This document shows positions 1 to 10,360 of a stretch of 64,000 nt of DNA, piece after piece. Source of the DNA: a virus (Duplodnaviria; Caudoviricetes); IMG/VR virus record IMGVR_UViG_3300020356_000001, positions 1-64,000 of that record; one strand, given 5' to 3'. The position numbers and the translations under genes are program-made. Each line of letters begins with the position of its first letter. The stretch's first letter is position 1. Below the pieces are notes generated by a model. It did no database searches, was not told where the DNA came from, and worked only from the letters and a program-made list of their open reading frames with translations.

Positions 1-110
1 GAAAACCACATCTGCGGCAGATGGTGTTGCTGTACCAAGAGCAACCCACGCTTCACCATCAGTGAGAACGCCATCAACTATGTAATCGGGTGTCGCTGTG
101 TTTACTGTCA
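1..110. repeat. Direct repeat of 38277-38386 (offset 38276)
   Basis: First 72 nt identical; mismatches at 73, 88 and 94; similarity decays in the adjacent glycine-rich genes. Confidence 0.95.
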
Positions 111-111
111 T
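1..111 (-). CDS. 5' part of tail-associated protein (runs off window start); near-identical to the 37803-38387 gene
   Basis: ATG at 111-109 overlaps TAA of the upstream gene; reads MTVNTATPDYIVDGVLTDGEAWVALGTATPSAADVVF, the same as the start of 37803-38387. Confidence 0.85.
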   Translation of the reverse strand, partial: MTVNTATPDYIVDGVLTDGEAWVALGTATPSAADVVF

Positions 112-1076
112 TACGCCACCTCGTATCTGATTAGAACCATGCCAGTAGAGCCAGCACCGCCCGCATAAGAACCAGTATTGTTCAAAGTGCCACCACCACC
201 TGAGCCAGTATTAGGAACGGCGCTTTGATAACCAGCAGGAGTCGAAGTGCCAAATCCTGAATCTCCTCCAAGACCAGTAGTGGTACCCTGACCTTGACCT
301 GAACCTGCACCACCTTCACCGTAAGCCCGTGCAGTAGCGCTAATACCTATATGGTTTGCACTAGCACCGCCATCTCCACCGTTTGCTAAACCGTCTGTTC
401 CTGCGGCTTCTCCGACACCACCGATACCACCACCGCCACCAGATTCATACCAACCGCCATTAGTTGTATAATTGGTTGCTGTACCTCCTGCGTTACCTGT
501 GTGCGAACCTGTTGCGGTACCTCCAGCCTTTGTGCTGTCATTGCCACCATCCTGACCACCGCCACCGCCGCAACCTAAACTGTTACCAGCCGAGCCAGTT
601 CCACCAGCGCCGCCTCCGATAGTAGTCACACTTAAAGCGGAAGAAGATGCACCATTAACACCTGCGGTAGTTGTTCCCACCCCACCTGCACCAACAGTAA
701 TAGTATAAGAACCAGCGGATATTGCCGCTGTACCTGTGGAAACTTCACCAGCACCACCACCACCACCACCGACATATGACCCATTATTAGCGCCACCAGA
801 AGCACCGCCACCAATAATCATATAAGTAGCATCGCCAGAACCAGCATGAACAGTCAACGTGCCAGAACCCCTGAAAGCATGAACACGGTATGTCGTACCA
901 GAATCTTCGTATTGTGTGATAATCCCACCGAAAGCAGTAATTGGGTCAAGGGTGCCACCCAAACCGCCATTCATCCACGCAGAAACAGCCGTAGACGGAT
1001 TAGCCCTTGGCAAATCCTTCCGAGCCTTCCACGTAGAAACCGCAGTACTAGGGTTAGTCCTATCTTGTCGAAACAC
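111..1076 (-). CDS. Glycine-rich tail/virion protein
   Basis: 321 aa with GGGGG runs; shares TAFGGIITQYEDSGTTYRVH and the C-terminal G.VLIRY with 38387-39238. Confidence 0.8.
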   Translation of the reverse strand: MFRQDRTNPSTAVSTWKARKDLPRANPSTAVSAWMNGGLGGTLDPITAFGGIITQYEDSGTTYRVHAFRGSGTLTVHAGSGDATYMIIGGGASGGANNGSYVGGGGGGAGEVSTGTAAISAGSYTITVGAGGVGTTTAGVNGASSSALSVTTIGGGAGGTGSAGNSLGCGGGGGQDGGNDSTKAGGTATGSHTGNAGGTATNYTTNGGWYESGGGGGIGGVGEAAGTDGLANGGDGGASANHIGISATARAYGEGGAGSGQGQGTTTGLGGDSGFGTSTPAGYQSAVPNTGSGGGGTLNNTGSYAGGAGSTGMVLIRYEVA

Positions 1077-1087
1077 TATAAGACCTC

Positions 1088-1441
1088 TTAAGCAGTTATT
1101 CTATTTACAAAACCATTGATGTTAACAACATTCGCAGCCGCAGCAAAAGCCTTGACTACAAGACCATTTTGCAAAAGCAATCCGGGGCATACAAGCACCC
1201 AACCTGCTTCGGCTGTAATGGTAATTTCTGTTAATTCATCTGGTGCTGTTGCACCACCGTATTCAATCGTCAGTTTCCTGTCCGTTGAATCAGTGTTACA
1301 CGCATACAACCAGATTTCATCTTTGTTAGATGTACCCGATACGGCGGTATGAATAGTTGTACCAGCAGTAGCCGTAGCCGCCACCTTAATATTCTTACCG
1401 TTAGTGCCGCCTGACAGTAACTCTTTTGAATATGTCGCCAT
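1088..1441 (-). CDS. Small virion/tail-associated protein
   Basis: 117 aa ORF with AAGG RBS, located in the tail operon. Confidence 0.7.
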   Translation of the reverse strand: MATYSKELLSGGTNGKNIKVAATATAGTTIHTAVSGTSNKDEIWLYACNTDSTDRKLTIEYGGATAPDELTEITITAEAGWVLVCPGLLLQNGLVVKAFAAAANVVNINGFVNRITA

Positions 1442-1457
1442 ATTACCTTTCCTTTAT

Positions 1458-1841
1458 TTAACTGAAAATTTGGTTATTCAGAAGTAGTTGATCATTGTTA
1501 GTAGTTACAGAAATAGCAGGAGTAGCGCCCCCTGTAGAAACAATAGGAGCCGTGCCTGTAACAGCAGTCACTGTTCCAGCAGTAGCAGCAGCCCATTTCA
1601 AACCTGATGCTTCAGAAGAATCCGCTGTTAAAACATAAGTATTACTACCAACCGCTAAACGTGTTACCGCATCAGAACCAGTAGCAACAATAATGTCACC
1701 CTTAGCATCAACAATGTCTTTCTGCACAACACCCGGAGTTGTATTAACAAAAGTTTCTATATCCGTAAAATTGGTGTTCATTTCGCTGGCAACTATTGTT
1801 GTTCCAGCGGAAAAATCGTTTGTAACTGCTAATGTCGCCAT
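1458..1841 (-). CDS. Tail-associated protein (paralog of 35179-35559)
   Basis: DAKGDIIVATGSDAVTRLAVGSNTYVLTADSS motif shared with 35179-35559. Confidence 0.75.
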   Translation of the reverse strand: MATLAVTNDFSAGTTIVASEMNTNFTDIETFVNTTPGVVQKDIVDAKGDIIVATGSDAVTRLAVGSNTYVLTADSSEASGLKWAAATAGTVTAVTGTAPIVSTGGATPAISVTTNNDQLLLNNQIFS

Positions 1842-3425
1842 TTATCGCAATCTCCTCGGCGTGTATGTGAAAGCCAACGCATTTACTTCCCAATGATTAT
1901 TTGTGGAAGGTCCGTTTACCTTCATACTAATACTCTGTGCTGTCCCAAGTGTGGGCAAATTAACAACATCTGCTGTTAAATTACGGGCAATAGCATCCCA
2001 TTTCGCTACATATGCTGATGCCTCATCAGCATCATCCCATTTAGCGGTACCCCACAAAGAATCAGATGTTTTACCAGTAATAGACAAATCGAAACTATTA
2101 GTTTGAGATGACTTATCGTAATCTTTATAAATTTGTATAGGTAAAGTAAGCGTAGTTTCTGCTGATAACACCACTCTTGGGCGACCCCAACGCTTTTTAA
2201 CAATAGGATCACGCCCAACTACCCACCTAGTAGTGAAATAAGACGTTATATGTGAAACCGCAGTAGACGCATAACGGTCAGTTGTACGATTCTGTGCATC
2301 TTCCACATCGACCACAACGCCAGTATTTGCTACGCATCCTGCGTAAACTGTAGGCGAAGAATTAGGTGGACGATACGCATACAGTGGGCCAGCATCAATG
2401 TCACTCATAGTCCAAGAACCACCTTCACCCATAGTCGGGTCATACATGAAAGTTCTTCGAGTAGTAGCGCCATCTTCAGTCCAGTCAACTGAAACATATA
2501 ATTTGTTGTTACCCCACGCTAACTGCGGGGGGTTACTAGTTAGGTTATCTATACGCCCATCTTCAATAGCGGGCTGTAATTTGGAAAACAACCATATAAA
2601 TTGTTGCCCATCATAAACGTAAACTCCTTGATCTGCGTGCCAAAAGAAAGTTCCAAATGTTGAAGAAACAGGGGAAGATTCTGGTATTGAACCAACATTG
2701 TTAGTTGCTGTTGTTACTTGAAAAGAATCAGAATCGAAACCGTAAACAGCGTAAACACTATTAGATTTGAAAACTAGAAGCCTGTCTCCTGCTGGTACAA
2801 GCCCTGTAATATAGTCACCATGCTCCCCTTTATCAATATCAACATAATCAGACGCAGACCACTTCTCGGGATCATTCGCATTGGACCATCTGAGTCGGTA
2901 CTTGTATCCGGTACTACCCTCATACGTATACCCTGCCCACGCAAAATTGTTCCAAAACGCTACGTATTGCGCTTGAGGGAAGTTCCCAGCGGAACCATCG
3001 AGAGTAGTTCCTAAATCTGCACCTGAAGAACCATCCCATTTAAAAGACGGTTTATCGTAAGAAACACCGTAAGCGATGTTATTCATGGTCATGCCATAAA
3101 CACGCGAACCGCTAGTTCGCGCTGTTATTCCACTAACAGTAGTGAAATTAGTAGACGCAGAATGAGCAACAGTAGTTCCGTAATTAACTAACAGTTGGCT
3201 AGTTCCACTATCTGTGTACAAAGCCCACATGCCTTTAACATCAGCACTTAATGCTGTTGTGTTGCGTCTGTCAACACCATCACGTTGACGTATCCCACCA
3301 CGAGGGTCAACAGTGACATTAAGCATGTCAGGGGATTCGTTTTCAGCGAGATTAAACTGATCGGAACGAAAGTTAAGACCACCAGTGAAGGCTTCTAGAA
3401 CTTCAAGTTTGAATTGGCGTGCCAT
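1842..3425 (-). CDS. Tail nozzle / tail tubular protein B-like (P22 gp10/T7 gp12-type beta-propeller)
   Basis: 527 aa, beta-rich, LRWSNANDPEKW motif; follows the adaptor gene in podovirus order. Confidence 0.7.
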   Translation of the reverse strand: MARQFKLEVLEAFTGGLNFRSDQFNLAENESPDMLNVTVDPRGGIRQRDGVDRRNTTALSADVKGMWALYTDSGTSQLLVNYGTTVAHSASTNFTTVSGITARTSGSRVYGMTMNNIAYGVSYDKPSFKWDGSSGADLGTTLDGSAGNFPQAQYVAFWNNFAWAGYTYEGSTGYKYRLRWSNANDPEKWSASDYVDIDKGEHGDYITGLVPAGDRLLVFKSNSVYAVYGFDSDSFQVTTATNNVGSIPESSPVSSTFGTFFWHADQGVYVYDGQQFIWLFSKLQPAIEDGRIDNLTSNPPQLAWGNNKLYVSVDWTEDGATTRRTFMYDPTMGEGGSWTMSDIDAGPLYAYRPPNSSPTVYAGCVANTGVVVDVEDAQNRTTDRYASTAVSHITSYFTTRWVVGRDPIVKKRWGRPRVVLSAETTLTLPIQIYKDYDKSSQTNSFDLSITGKTSDSLWGTAKWDDADEASAYVAKWDAIARNLTADVVNLPTLGTAQSISMKVNGPSTNNHWEVNALAFTYTPRRLR

Positions 3426-3431
3426 TAACCT

Positions 3432-4157
3432 TTACCAAATAACCCCGCCGGAACTGCTGTAACGTAAACCGCCTGTACCCACAGCATAACGTGTCGCTAT
3501 GCGACTGTTAGCCACCATAGGTTGAGGTGCTGGAACGTCAGCGTACCTACGACCAATATTATCGAGATCAGTTTGGAATTGTATTAAATATTGTTGAGCC
3601 ATCACAGGATCTTCTTGCTGTAAATAGGCTTTAGCAATAGCGTAAGTTACAAGAATAGGGTGAAAAGGTGCAGGTAAATCAGGTGAAGAACCTGATGCTG
3701 AACCAACACCAAAATCTGTTGGGTTCCGCATTACACGAGCATAAATAGTAGCGGCACCATCAGGAGTTGGATACAACGTAACCGTGTCGTTCCAGAAACT
3801 CCACTCCCAAGGTTGACCACTTGTAGTCACATTAAGAGGGTAAATAAAATCTGCGTTGTCGTTACCAATAAACTCAAGGACATGATCGTCATTACGTAAC
3901 GACATTATTTCACGAACACCTTGTGTAATAGCGTCAGGGGAACCTGCGATACTAGCAAGAGTGTAAGTTTTTGTTCCACCAACTGTGTTAAAAGTTGTTG
4001 ATGTTTCAAAAAATGGCCAGCGTTTTTCACTGTAAACAATCGTGTCAAAACCTTGACCGATCATATTGTCAAGAACAGTGTCAGATATGTCAGTTGCATC
4101 AATGTCAACAACTGAACGAACCTGATCGCGCATTTGTTGCAAGGTCATTGAAGTCAT
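3432..4157 (-). CDS. Head-tail adaptor / tail tubular protein A-like
   Basis: 241 aa; WPFFET, TLYPTPD and PFHPILVTYAIAKAY features; lies downstream of MCP. Confidence 0.7.
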   Translation of the reverse strand: MTSMTLQQMRDQVRSVVDIDATDISDTVLDNMIGQGFDTIVYSEKRWPFFETSTTFNTVGGTKTYTLASIAGSPDAITQGVREIMSLRNDDHVLEFIGNDNADFIYPLNVTTSGQPWEWSFWNDTVTLYPTPDGAATIYARVMRNPTDFGVGSASGSSPDLPAPFHPILVTYAIAKAYLQQEDPVMAQQYLIQFQTDLDNIGRRYADVPAPQPMVANSRIATRYAVGTGGLRYSSSGGVIW

Positions 4158-4411
4158 TAAACAGCCGCTTTCTGTCTAGTGTGTCCAATACAAAGCGATG
4201 TACCCGTGACGGGGTGCGCTTTACACGCAGTCCCGCCACGAGTCGTCGCAGAGCAAGATCCGTCTAGAAAGTCGGGAGGTGCCTCAGCAAAAGACGATGC
4301 TGGTCTAGACCCAGCCACCTGACCGGCGGCATAAGTACTAGGTGTGGAACCGCCGCGCGAAGCGGCAAGTTCAGCATTTCGACCATGTGCGAGGGCAAAC
4401 TCTCTACCCAT
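4157..4411 (-). CDS. Small protein with C-terminal Cys/His cluster
   Basis: AAGGAG RBS; CSATTRGGTACKAHPVTGTSLCIGH. Confidence 0.65.
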   Translation of the reverse strand: MGREFALAHGRNAELAASRGGSTPSTYAAGQVAGSRPASSFAEAPPDFLDGSCSATTRGGTACKAHPVTGTSLCIGHTRQKAAV

Positions 4412-4456
4412 TTCTTACTCCTTTGCTTGCAATTGATACAAGAGGTAAACCCTTAC

Positions 4457-5422
4457 TTAAGCAGGGGTTATACCGTAGATGTATCCTTGACGAGCGCGGT
4501 TGCTGATCGTCAAGTTTCCGTAGCACAATATTTGTGCGTAACGTGCATCTTGGTTCGTTGGTCGCACGAACGGAGTCGGCTGGAACCAAGTGTCTGTGTG
4601 AGCAACAAGACGTAGATACTTAGTGTTAAGCATGTACATTTTGCCTTCACCGGCTAGTGTGCCGTCATAAGTTACAGGAGCGCCCTTGAACAGAAGGTTC
4701 TGGAAACCAGCATCTGCTGTCTTAGCGTCTGTGTAACGTAGTTGTGGCTGAAGCAATGCTTCATATGCCTCATACTGTGACTGTCCAGTCATGATAATCG
4801 TAGGCTGATCGTTGCCAACCGATACGTCATTGTAAGTATTTGACATTTGAGCAAGTGTTATAGCACCAGACATGTTATGAACTTTTGATCTCCACCAAGA
4901 GTTATCTGAATCTGTTGCATCAATTCCACCGAAAGAGGAACCACCTGCGTCATTACCAAGACCTACGCAGGCTGAAAGCCCAAGCATGTCTTTACCACTG
5001 TTACCTGTACCATTGCCGAAAAGCATGGTGTTAAGGTTTTCAATAATGGTTTCTTCCGTCTGCATGATCTTTCCTTCGAGAAGGTCGATTACTTGCTCTG
5101 GTCCATTATTTTTTGCTTCTTCAATACCAGTTATTGTTACAGTTGCAGCATACTGTTTCCAGTCGAACTCAGCGGCTGTGATGCCTGTCTGAGCAGTTGT
5201 GGCTATAGTATCTGATCCTGAGTAAGAACCGGCTGTTGAGTTTGATCCATAAATTATTGGAACAACGATCTTTGCTCCGCCACTTACGCGCCGAATGGTT
5301 TGTCCATTGGTAAGCGCATAAAACAGTGGGCGAGCAGTAAACACGTTATCCGCAAGTTTAGGAACATAATTATTCAGCGTTGTGCTGAGTATCTCATCAA
5401 AGTTGGTGTTACCCGCTACCAT
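4457..5422 (-). CDS. Major capsid protein (phage A)
   Basis: 321 aa after scaffold and portal; WKQYAATVTITGIEEAKNNGPEQVIDLL and WFQPTPFVRPTNQDA motifs typical of a widespread MCP family. Confidence 0.85.
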   Translation of the reverse strand: MVAGNTNFDEILSTTLNNYVPKLADNVFTARPLFYALTNGQTIRRVSGGAKIVVPIIYGSNSTAGSYSGSDTIATTAQTGITAAEFDWKQYAATVTITGIEEAKNNGPEQVIDLLEGKIMQTEETIIENLNTMLFGNGTGNSGKDMLGLSACVGLGNDAGGSSFGGIDATDSDNSWWRSKVHNMSGAITLAQMSNTYNDVSVGNDQPTIIMTGQSQYEAYEALLQPQLRYTDAKTADAGFQNLLFKGAPVTYDGTLAGEGKMYMLNTKYLRLVAHTDTWFQPTPFVRPTNQDARYAQILCYGNLTISNRARQGYIYGITPA

Positions 5423-5437
5423 TTGATTTTTCTCCTA

Positions 5438-6142
5438 TTAGTTGTTTGATAATTGTTCGTTCGCCAGCGCAAAAGCATCCCGAATTGAATTAATTGCCTT
5501 GTTAGTATTCGTTTCCTGAGTGGCTGAAGGACTCCCAACCGTAGATTCAACTACGTTCGCGGCACGTTTCTCCTCGATAATGTCAGCAGTTTTTGCTTTG
5601 TCTTGAAGATCGCCGTACGTCATATGGGCGTAAGCGGCTTCAAGGTTGCCGATATTATGTTTCAAAGCGTGACTATAAAGTGCCTTTTCATCAATCTCAG
5701 TGTTGAATTTATTAGACAATTCTTCCACTTCTTTTTGCATATTTTGCTGTCTGTTAGCGCGATTCTGTTCTTCAATGGATTGTTCAATTCGCCGCAAGCG
5801 TGCTTCTTCTGGGTCCAAATCCTCTACCAGTTCATCCTGATCGGTGTTTTGATTACCCATGCTGACTCCAAAGGCATCGGCTAAAGCCGAAACTGCACCT
5901 TTTGGGTCAGACTCTAATGCTTGGACAATTGCCTCTCCTTGAGCCAACCTTTCGCGTTCTGATGCCAACTCTTGCGTTTTACGGGTGTAATCCGCTTGAC
6001 GTTGATATCCGTTTTGAAGTTCCTCCAATGAAACTTGTTGCATTTCACCATCAACTTTGACGGTGTATGTGTCTCCTGTTGCAGTAACTTCTTGTGAAAC
6101 GTCTGGAGTGCTTTCTGCTAGTTCCTGTGTTTCGTTTTCCAT
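5438..6142 (-). CDS. Capsid scaffolding protein
   Basis: YTVKVDGEMQQVSLEELQNGYQRQADYTRKTQELA scaffold signature; acidic coiled coil. Confidence 0.85.
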   Translation of the reverse strand: MENETQELAESTPDVSQEVTATGDTYTVKVDGEMQQVSLEELQNGYQRQADYTRKTQELASERERLAQGEAIVQALESDPKGAVSALADAFGVSMGNQNTDQDELVEDLDPEEARLRRIEQSIEEQNRANRQQNMQKEVEELSNKFNTEIDEKALYSHALKHNIGNLEAAYAHMTYGDLQDKAKTADIIEEKRAANVVESTVGSPSATQETNTNKAINSIRDAFALANEQLSNN

Positions 6143-6192
6143 GTGGAATCCCTTCGGTTGTTCCTATTATGAGACATATTTTGTCCCGTAAA

Positions 6193-8094
6193 TTACATAT
6201 TAGGTAACTCAAGCCCCATCTGGTTCTGGAGTTGCGCTAATAATTCAGGCGGTACCCCACCTGTTGCCTCAAATACCTGATCGGGAATCGGACCCGGATC
6301 CATCCCGCCTGTAACGGCTGGTGGTTGCATGCCCGCTATTTCCTCACCGGCTGCGGCTTCACCCTCAGCGACCATAGGTTGCTGTTGGATAATAAATTTT
6401 TCTGCATCGTCAATACCAAACCCGTATTGCAGAACGTGTTTCACAAGTTCTGCTGGATCAACGACTACGCCTACAAGTGGTGCCATAGCATTCATAAGAG
6501 ACACGGCTTGTTGACGGCGCGCAGTTTCATTCAAAGGCTGGGTCGACCCGCCTTCTACGGAAAAATCGTATTCACCAATAATGTCATCACGCGTGTAAGC
6601 GATGAAATATTCTTGGTCGTCTTTTCCTGTTACACGAATCATTTGCGCTTCGGTCATGTACTGCTGCATTAGTTGCATAACCATGCGAGCGACTTTAGAA
6701 ATAATGATTTCAATAGTTGCTAACTTGTCAGCAGCACGAGCGTTACCAGCGTCAGCAATAATGCTGGCTTCCGTAGCGGTACGCCTAGTTTCAGGCATTT
6801 GACCACGCTGATATTCGGAAACCCCACTCACTGTATTGATGTCAGCCTCAATGAGATGGGAATGATTGTACATTTCTGGAGCCAAAGGCGTTTGAGCAAG
6901 AGGAACGACTATATCTCCAAGGTTTCTGTTTTCATCCACAACGGGTACGAAACGTCCATCTTCGTCAGATTCTAATGCTTCACGACCTTCGGGTCCAAAA
7001 GAACGCTCATGGTATAAATATTTCCGAGCGTAGCGTTTACGATGGTTCACCATCTGTGAACGCGTTTTATTTAATTCTTCTTGCAAAGACTCTATTTGTG
7101 ACAGATCCCCAATCGGATAGAACGTATCTGGCACATCATAATTGCGTAACATCACGTAAGGATGTCCGAATGAATAAGGCATAGGTGTTGGATCTAATAA
7201 AAAATCGCTACCTGTTTGACTAAGTACACACATGGTGCCATCTTCAATGTTGTAATATTCAAAGATACTTACACGTTCAACAAGATCCGAGTATTCTTCA
7301 CGTTCCGTGTCATTATTCCAACGGTAACGAACACCCGAATCTGCTTCCAAACCTTGACGGACACTACGTTTAAACCTTTTATCTTTTTTGACTTCATGCA
7401 AAGGACGTACAATTCTTTGCACAATCCATTTAGCGTCCTCTAAACAAGTTGCTTCAGGATCAACCAACATATCGAAAGGGCTTATCCTCTCGACAAAAGC
7501 CTGATCTTCAACTATTTCCATTCTCGTATTAGGGACACTCGCAGCGATATCTTCATCAGAAGGCAAATCTTGAGCCATGTCAGGATTCATGTAAGCGAAA
7601 TCCTGAACTTCTTCAGCCGCAGTAACGATCTGCTGATCGCGTTCCATAGGACTTAAAGGACGTTCCTGTTCAACGAAACGCCAACCTACTTTTATCCAAG
7701 CGTGACCAAGAATAAGAAAATCTTTAACAGCACGCCTGAAAGGTTTCCTGTAATCGTGATGCCGCCACAAATAATTGATGATCGCTTCGTTGAAAACGGC
7801 GCGATCTTCGTCACCTTCTTTGTTCGCTGTAACCGTTATTTTTGGATGGTTAACAGCAACAGAAGGAGCGATAACATTAATAGTACTAAAAGCAAGATTC
7901 ACTGAAATGCGGTCATAACTCACATTGCCTGAATAACCCGCACCTAAAGTGTCACCGTGATAAGTTTTACCACGATACAAGTCGATCATCCTGCGCCATA
8001 AAGCGTCATAACCTTCATCAACACGCCAACGATGTGTCATCTCGATACGGTCTTGTATCTTAGCGAATTGTTCTGCTTTAGTTTGTCGCGCCAT
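6193..8094 (-). CDS. Portal protein
   Basis: 633 aa; ERISPFDMLVDPEA, SGVSEYQRG and RRTATEA portal motifs; lies between terminase and scaffold. Confidence 0.85.
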   Translation of the reverse strand: MARQTKAEQFAKIQDRIEMTHRWRVDEGYDALWRRMIDLYRGKTYHGDTLGAGYSGNVSYDRISVNLAFSTINVIAPSVAVNHPKITVTANKEGDEDRAVFNEAIINYLWRHHDYRKPFRRAVKDFLILGHAWIKVGWRFVEQERPLSPMERDQQIVTAAEEVQDFAYMNPDMAQDLPSDEDIAASVPNTRMEIVEDQAFVERISPFDMLVDPEATCLEDAKWIVQRIVRPLHEVKKDKRFKRSVRQGLEADSGVRYRWNNDTEREEYSDLVERVSIFEYYNIEDGTMCVLSQTGSDFLLDPTPMPYSFGHPYVMLRNYDVPDTFYPIGDLSQIESLQEELNKTRSQMVNHRKRYARKYLYHERSFGPEGREALESDEDGRFVPVVDENRNLGDIVVPLAQTPLAPEMYNHSHLIEADINTVSGVSEYQRGQMPETRRTATEASIIADAGNARAADKLATIEIIISKVARMVMQLMQQYMTEAQMIRVTGKDDQEYFIAYTRDDIIGEYDFSVEGGSTQPLNETARRQQAVSLMNAMAPLVGVVVDPAELVKHVLQYGFGIDDAEKFIIQQQPMVAEGEAAAGEEIAGMQPPAVTGGMDPGPIPDQVFEATGGVPPELLAQLQNQMGLELPNM

Positions 8095-8354
8095 TAAGAC
8101 GATGCCCTCTCTACTTGAATACCCTGCGCTTCGGCTTCGGCAATAACTTTCTTTTCGCGTTCACGTAAAGTTAAATGCTGCTCATCGGGCGGCAACTGGG
8201 AGCGGTACCCGCTGCCAGTCACAACCCTAAGACCTAAAAGTTTTTGCCTCCACTCCCACAATTCTTCAAGTTCTTTATCAGTTTTAGGACCCTTATGGGT
8301 TTCAACGTATTCTGCGAACTCTTTAAAAGAAGCGTTAGGAGGTAAAACAGCCAC
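8094..8354 (-). CDS. Hypothetical protein
   Basis: 86 aa, translationally coupled on both sides. Confidence 0.65.
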   Translation of the reverse strand: MAVLPPNASFKEFAEYVETHKGPKTDKELEELWEWRQKLLGLRVVTGSGYRSQLPPDEQHLTLREREKKVIAEAEAQGIQVERASS

Positions 8355-8584
8355 TACCGAGGGGCGGGCTGATGTGCAGGCTCTACTTTTCCTGTATGCC
8401 CATGCTGGTTGAAAGGTGTTTCACGTGCAGCCTGCTCATTGCTTGCTTGCCTTGAACCGCCTTCATCGCTTCTTAAAGTCGCCTTTTGCGAACCAGTCTC
8501 AGTAGGAGGACCAAACTCAAGAACATTAGTATTCAAGTTAGGTTGCGCTCCCATGCCAGAGGCATTGTACTTATTTTTACTCAT
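8354..8584 (-). CDS. Hypothetical protein
   Basis: Likely start MSKNKY at 8584; coupled to the next gene. Confidence 0.6.
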   Translation of the reverse strand: MSKNKYNASGMGAQPNLNTNVLEFGPPTETGSQKATLRSDEGGSRQASNEQAARETPFNQHGHTGKVEPAHQPAPR

Positions 8585-8624
8585 AAAGGACTCTCCGTTC
8601 AATAGTTATGTCCTAAACAAATGC

Positions 8625-9293
8625 TTAAGGTGTCCCACGCACATTGTTTAAACCGATGGTATCAGTAATCGGAGCGTTCTTGGGGATTTGTCTACGCCAC
8701 CAATCAAACGTCCAAGTATCATCAACTTCCTGCACATACTCAGGAATAAACGCATACTTTCGCATCTGATTAGCCAAAGCAAGCGCCATAACACGGTCAT
8801 CATGCGGAGAACCAGACATGGTACCCCTTTCATTACGAGTAAAAGTTCTCAACTCCTGCAACGTAAACTCGTCATGCAACACTAATTCTTCGTTCTTTAA
8901 CGCCATACCAAGATCATCAATCATCAAAGGCTTAGACGTACGCGTAGTTTTCCACCCAAACTCCTGAGACATCTTATTAGTCTCATTATTCAACGAACGC
9001 CTACGAAAAAGATTAGGGTACCCCAACTGTCTCAACTGTGTGATAGTAGTTAAACCATGGTTATTAGACTCAACGCAACACAAAGCGTTCCCATACCAAA
9101 TACCAATATTGTAAACCTCATGCGCTAACTCATCAGGCGGTATACGCCCATGCCACACCGCTACCTGCTCACCATTCTTAGCGTCAATAACCTGAACACA
9201 AGAATAATCGCCATGACCCAACCCCTCAGCAGTATCAACACCCAACGTGTAACCACTCCAACGCTCAGGAGGAGTCCAAATTGTTAAATTCAT
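8625..9293 (-). CDS. terL: Terminase large subunit, C-terminal nuclease domain (separate ORF)
   Basis: LGVDTAEGLGHGDYS, VESNNHG and HDDRVMALALA RNase H-fold terminase motifs. Confidence 0.85.
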   Translation of the reverse strand: MNLTIWTPPERWSGYTLGVDTAEGLGHGDYSCVQVIDAKNGEQVAVWHGRIPPDELAHEVYNIGIWYGNALCCVESNNHGLTTITQLRQLGYPNLFRRRSLNNETNKMSQEFGWKTTRTSKPLMIDDLGMALKNEELVLHDEFTLQELRTFTRNERGTMSGSPHDDRVMALALANQMRKYAFIPEYVQEVDDTWTFDWWRRQIPKNAPITDTIGLNNVRGTP

Positions 9294-10177
9294 GTCCTAA
9301 ACTCTAAAACTCTTGGTTGAAGTTCGTGTAAATAACCTGTTTCACCGCGTCTAACATGCTTAGACATAGCATCCAAAACGTTAAGATCAAAGACAGGATT
9401 ACCAGAACGAACAAACGCTTCTTCGGGACTGGTTGGATACTCCTGTGCAAGTTGCCACGGCAACATAGACTGTTTCTTCGACTCATACCAAGACTCATCT
9501 CTGTCCTCTGAAGCAGACCACGGAAAAAACATAGCATCAAAACGGTTATTGCCAGTTACAGCACCATTCCAAAGATGATGAAAGAAATTCCCAGACCCAT
9601 TAGCAGTAGACAACCCGATAATCCGACCGCCAACATCAGCCACTGGCTCGATAGAAGCCCATGCTTCCTCAGGGTTAGGAAGGAACGCCCATTCGTCAAC
9701 CACAACCAACGAAGCCGACTCACCACGAGCAGGATCGGATGCCGAAGGCATCGAAGTAACCTGTGAACCATTAGAAAACACCATCCTTTGCTGATGCTCA
9801 ACCTGCTGAGTGGGACCACGCTCCAACATCCAATCAGGCAAATGCTTAAACCCATACTTAGTTTTACGCAGCAACAAAACCGCTTCACGCTCTGTACGCG
9901 ACAAATCAATAATGTTCTGATCTTCCTTAAAAAAAGCGAGCCAAAACTGGTGAGCGGCTATAAGAGTCGTCCAACCAATCTGACGAGCCTTTAAGGTAAG
10001 ACTGTAACGGTTGTCACCCCATCTTTGTAAGGCTTGCTCTTGTGCGTCCCGTAAACCAAAAAGGATACGACCATGAGCAGGATGAGCGATATGCCAATAC
10101 TTACGTAAGAAATACGACTCATCCTTTTGACACTTTCTCCACTCTGCTTCCTGCTTTAACTCTGATACACGCGCCAT
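9290..10177 (-). CDS. terL: Terminase large subunit, N-terminal ATPase domain (separate ORF)
   Basis: LKARQIGWTT Walker A, VVVDEWAF Walker B, LSTANG coupling motif; stop overlaps the next ATG (ATGA). Confidence 0.85.
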   Translation of the reverse strand: MARVSELKQEAEWRKCQKDESYFLRKYWHIAHPAHGRILFGLRDAQEQALQRWGDNRYSLTLKARQIGWTTLIAAHQFWLAFFKEDQNIIDLSRTEREAVLLLRKTKYGFKHLPDWMLERGPTQQVEHQQRMVFSNGSQVTSMPSASDPARGESASLVVVDEWAFLPNPEEAWASIEPVADVGGRIIGLSTANGSGNFFHHLWNGAVTGNNRFDAMFFPWSASEDRDESWYESKKQSMLPWQLAQEYPTSPEEAFVRSGNPVFDLNVLDAMSKHVRRGETGYLHELQPRVLEFRT

Positions 10178-10180
10178 AAA

Positions 10181-10360
10181 TTATCCGGGATGATTATTAA
10201 TAAACTGCTCATACTTCTCAGGCGAATCCAACACTATCGTAGTGTAAGAATACTTAGCGTTATCATCACCCTTTCCAAGAGTAACAGTAATCGCCCCTAT
10301 CAAAGTACCAACAGCCACCAACAAACCCGTAATAGCCGTAATAATCTTAACTGCGCTCAT
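10181..10360 (-). CDS. Conserved single-TM peptide next to ferredoxin
   Basis: 59 aa from ATG 10360; highly similar to 61867-62049, with mostly synonymous differences. Confidence 0.8.
   Translation of the reverse strand: MSAVKIITAITGLLVAVGTLIGAITVTLGKGDDNAKYSYTTIVLDSPEKYEQFINNHPG

Noticed and set aside
9285-9300. Programmed -1 frameshift joining the TerL halves
   Set aside because: No X XXY YYZ slippery heptamer or downstream pseudoknot was seen. Translational coupling is the simpler reading.
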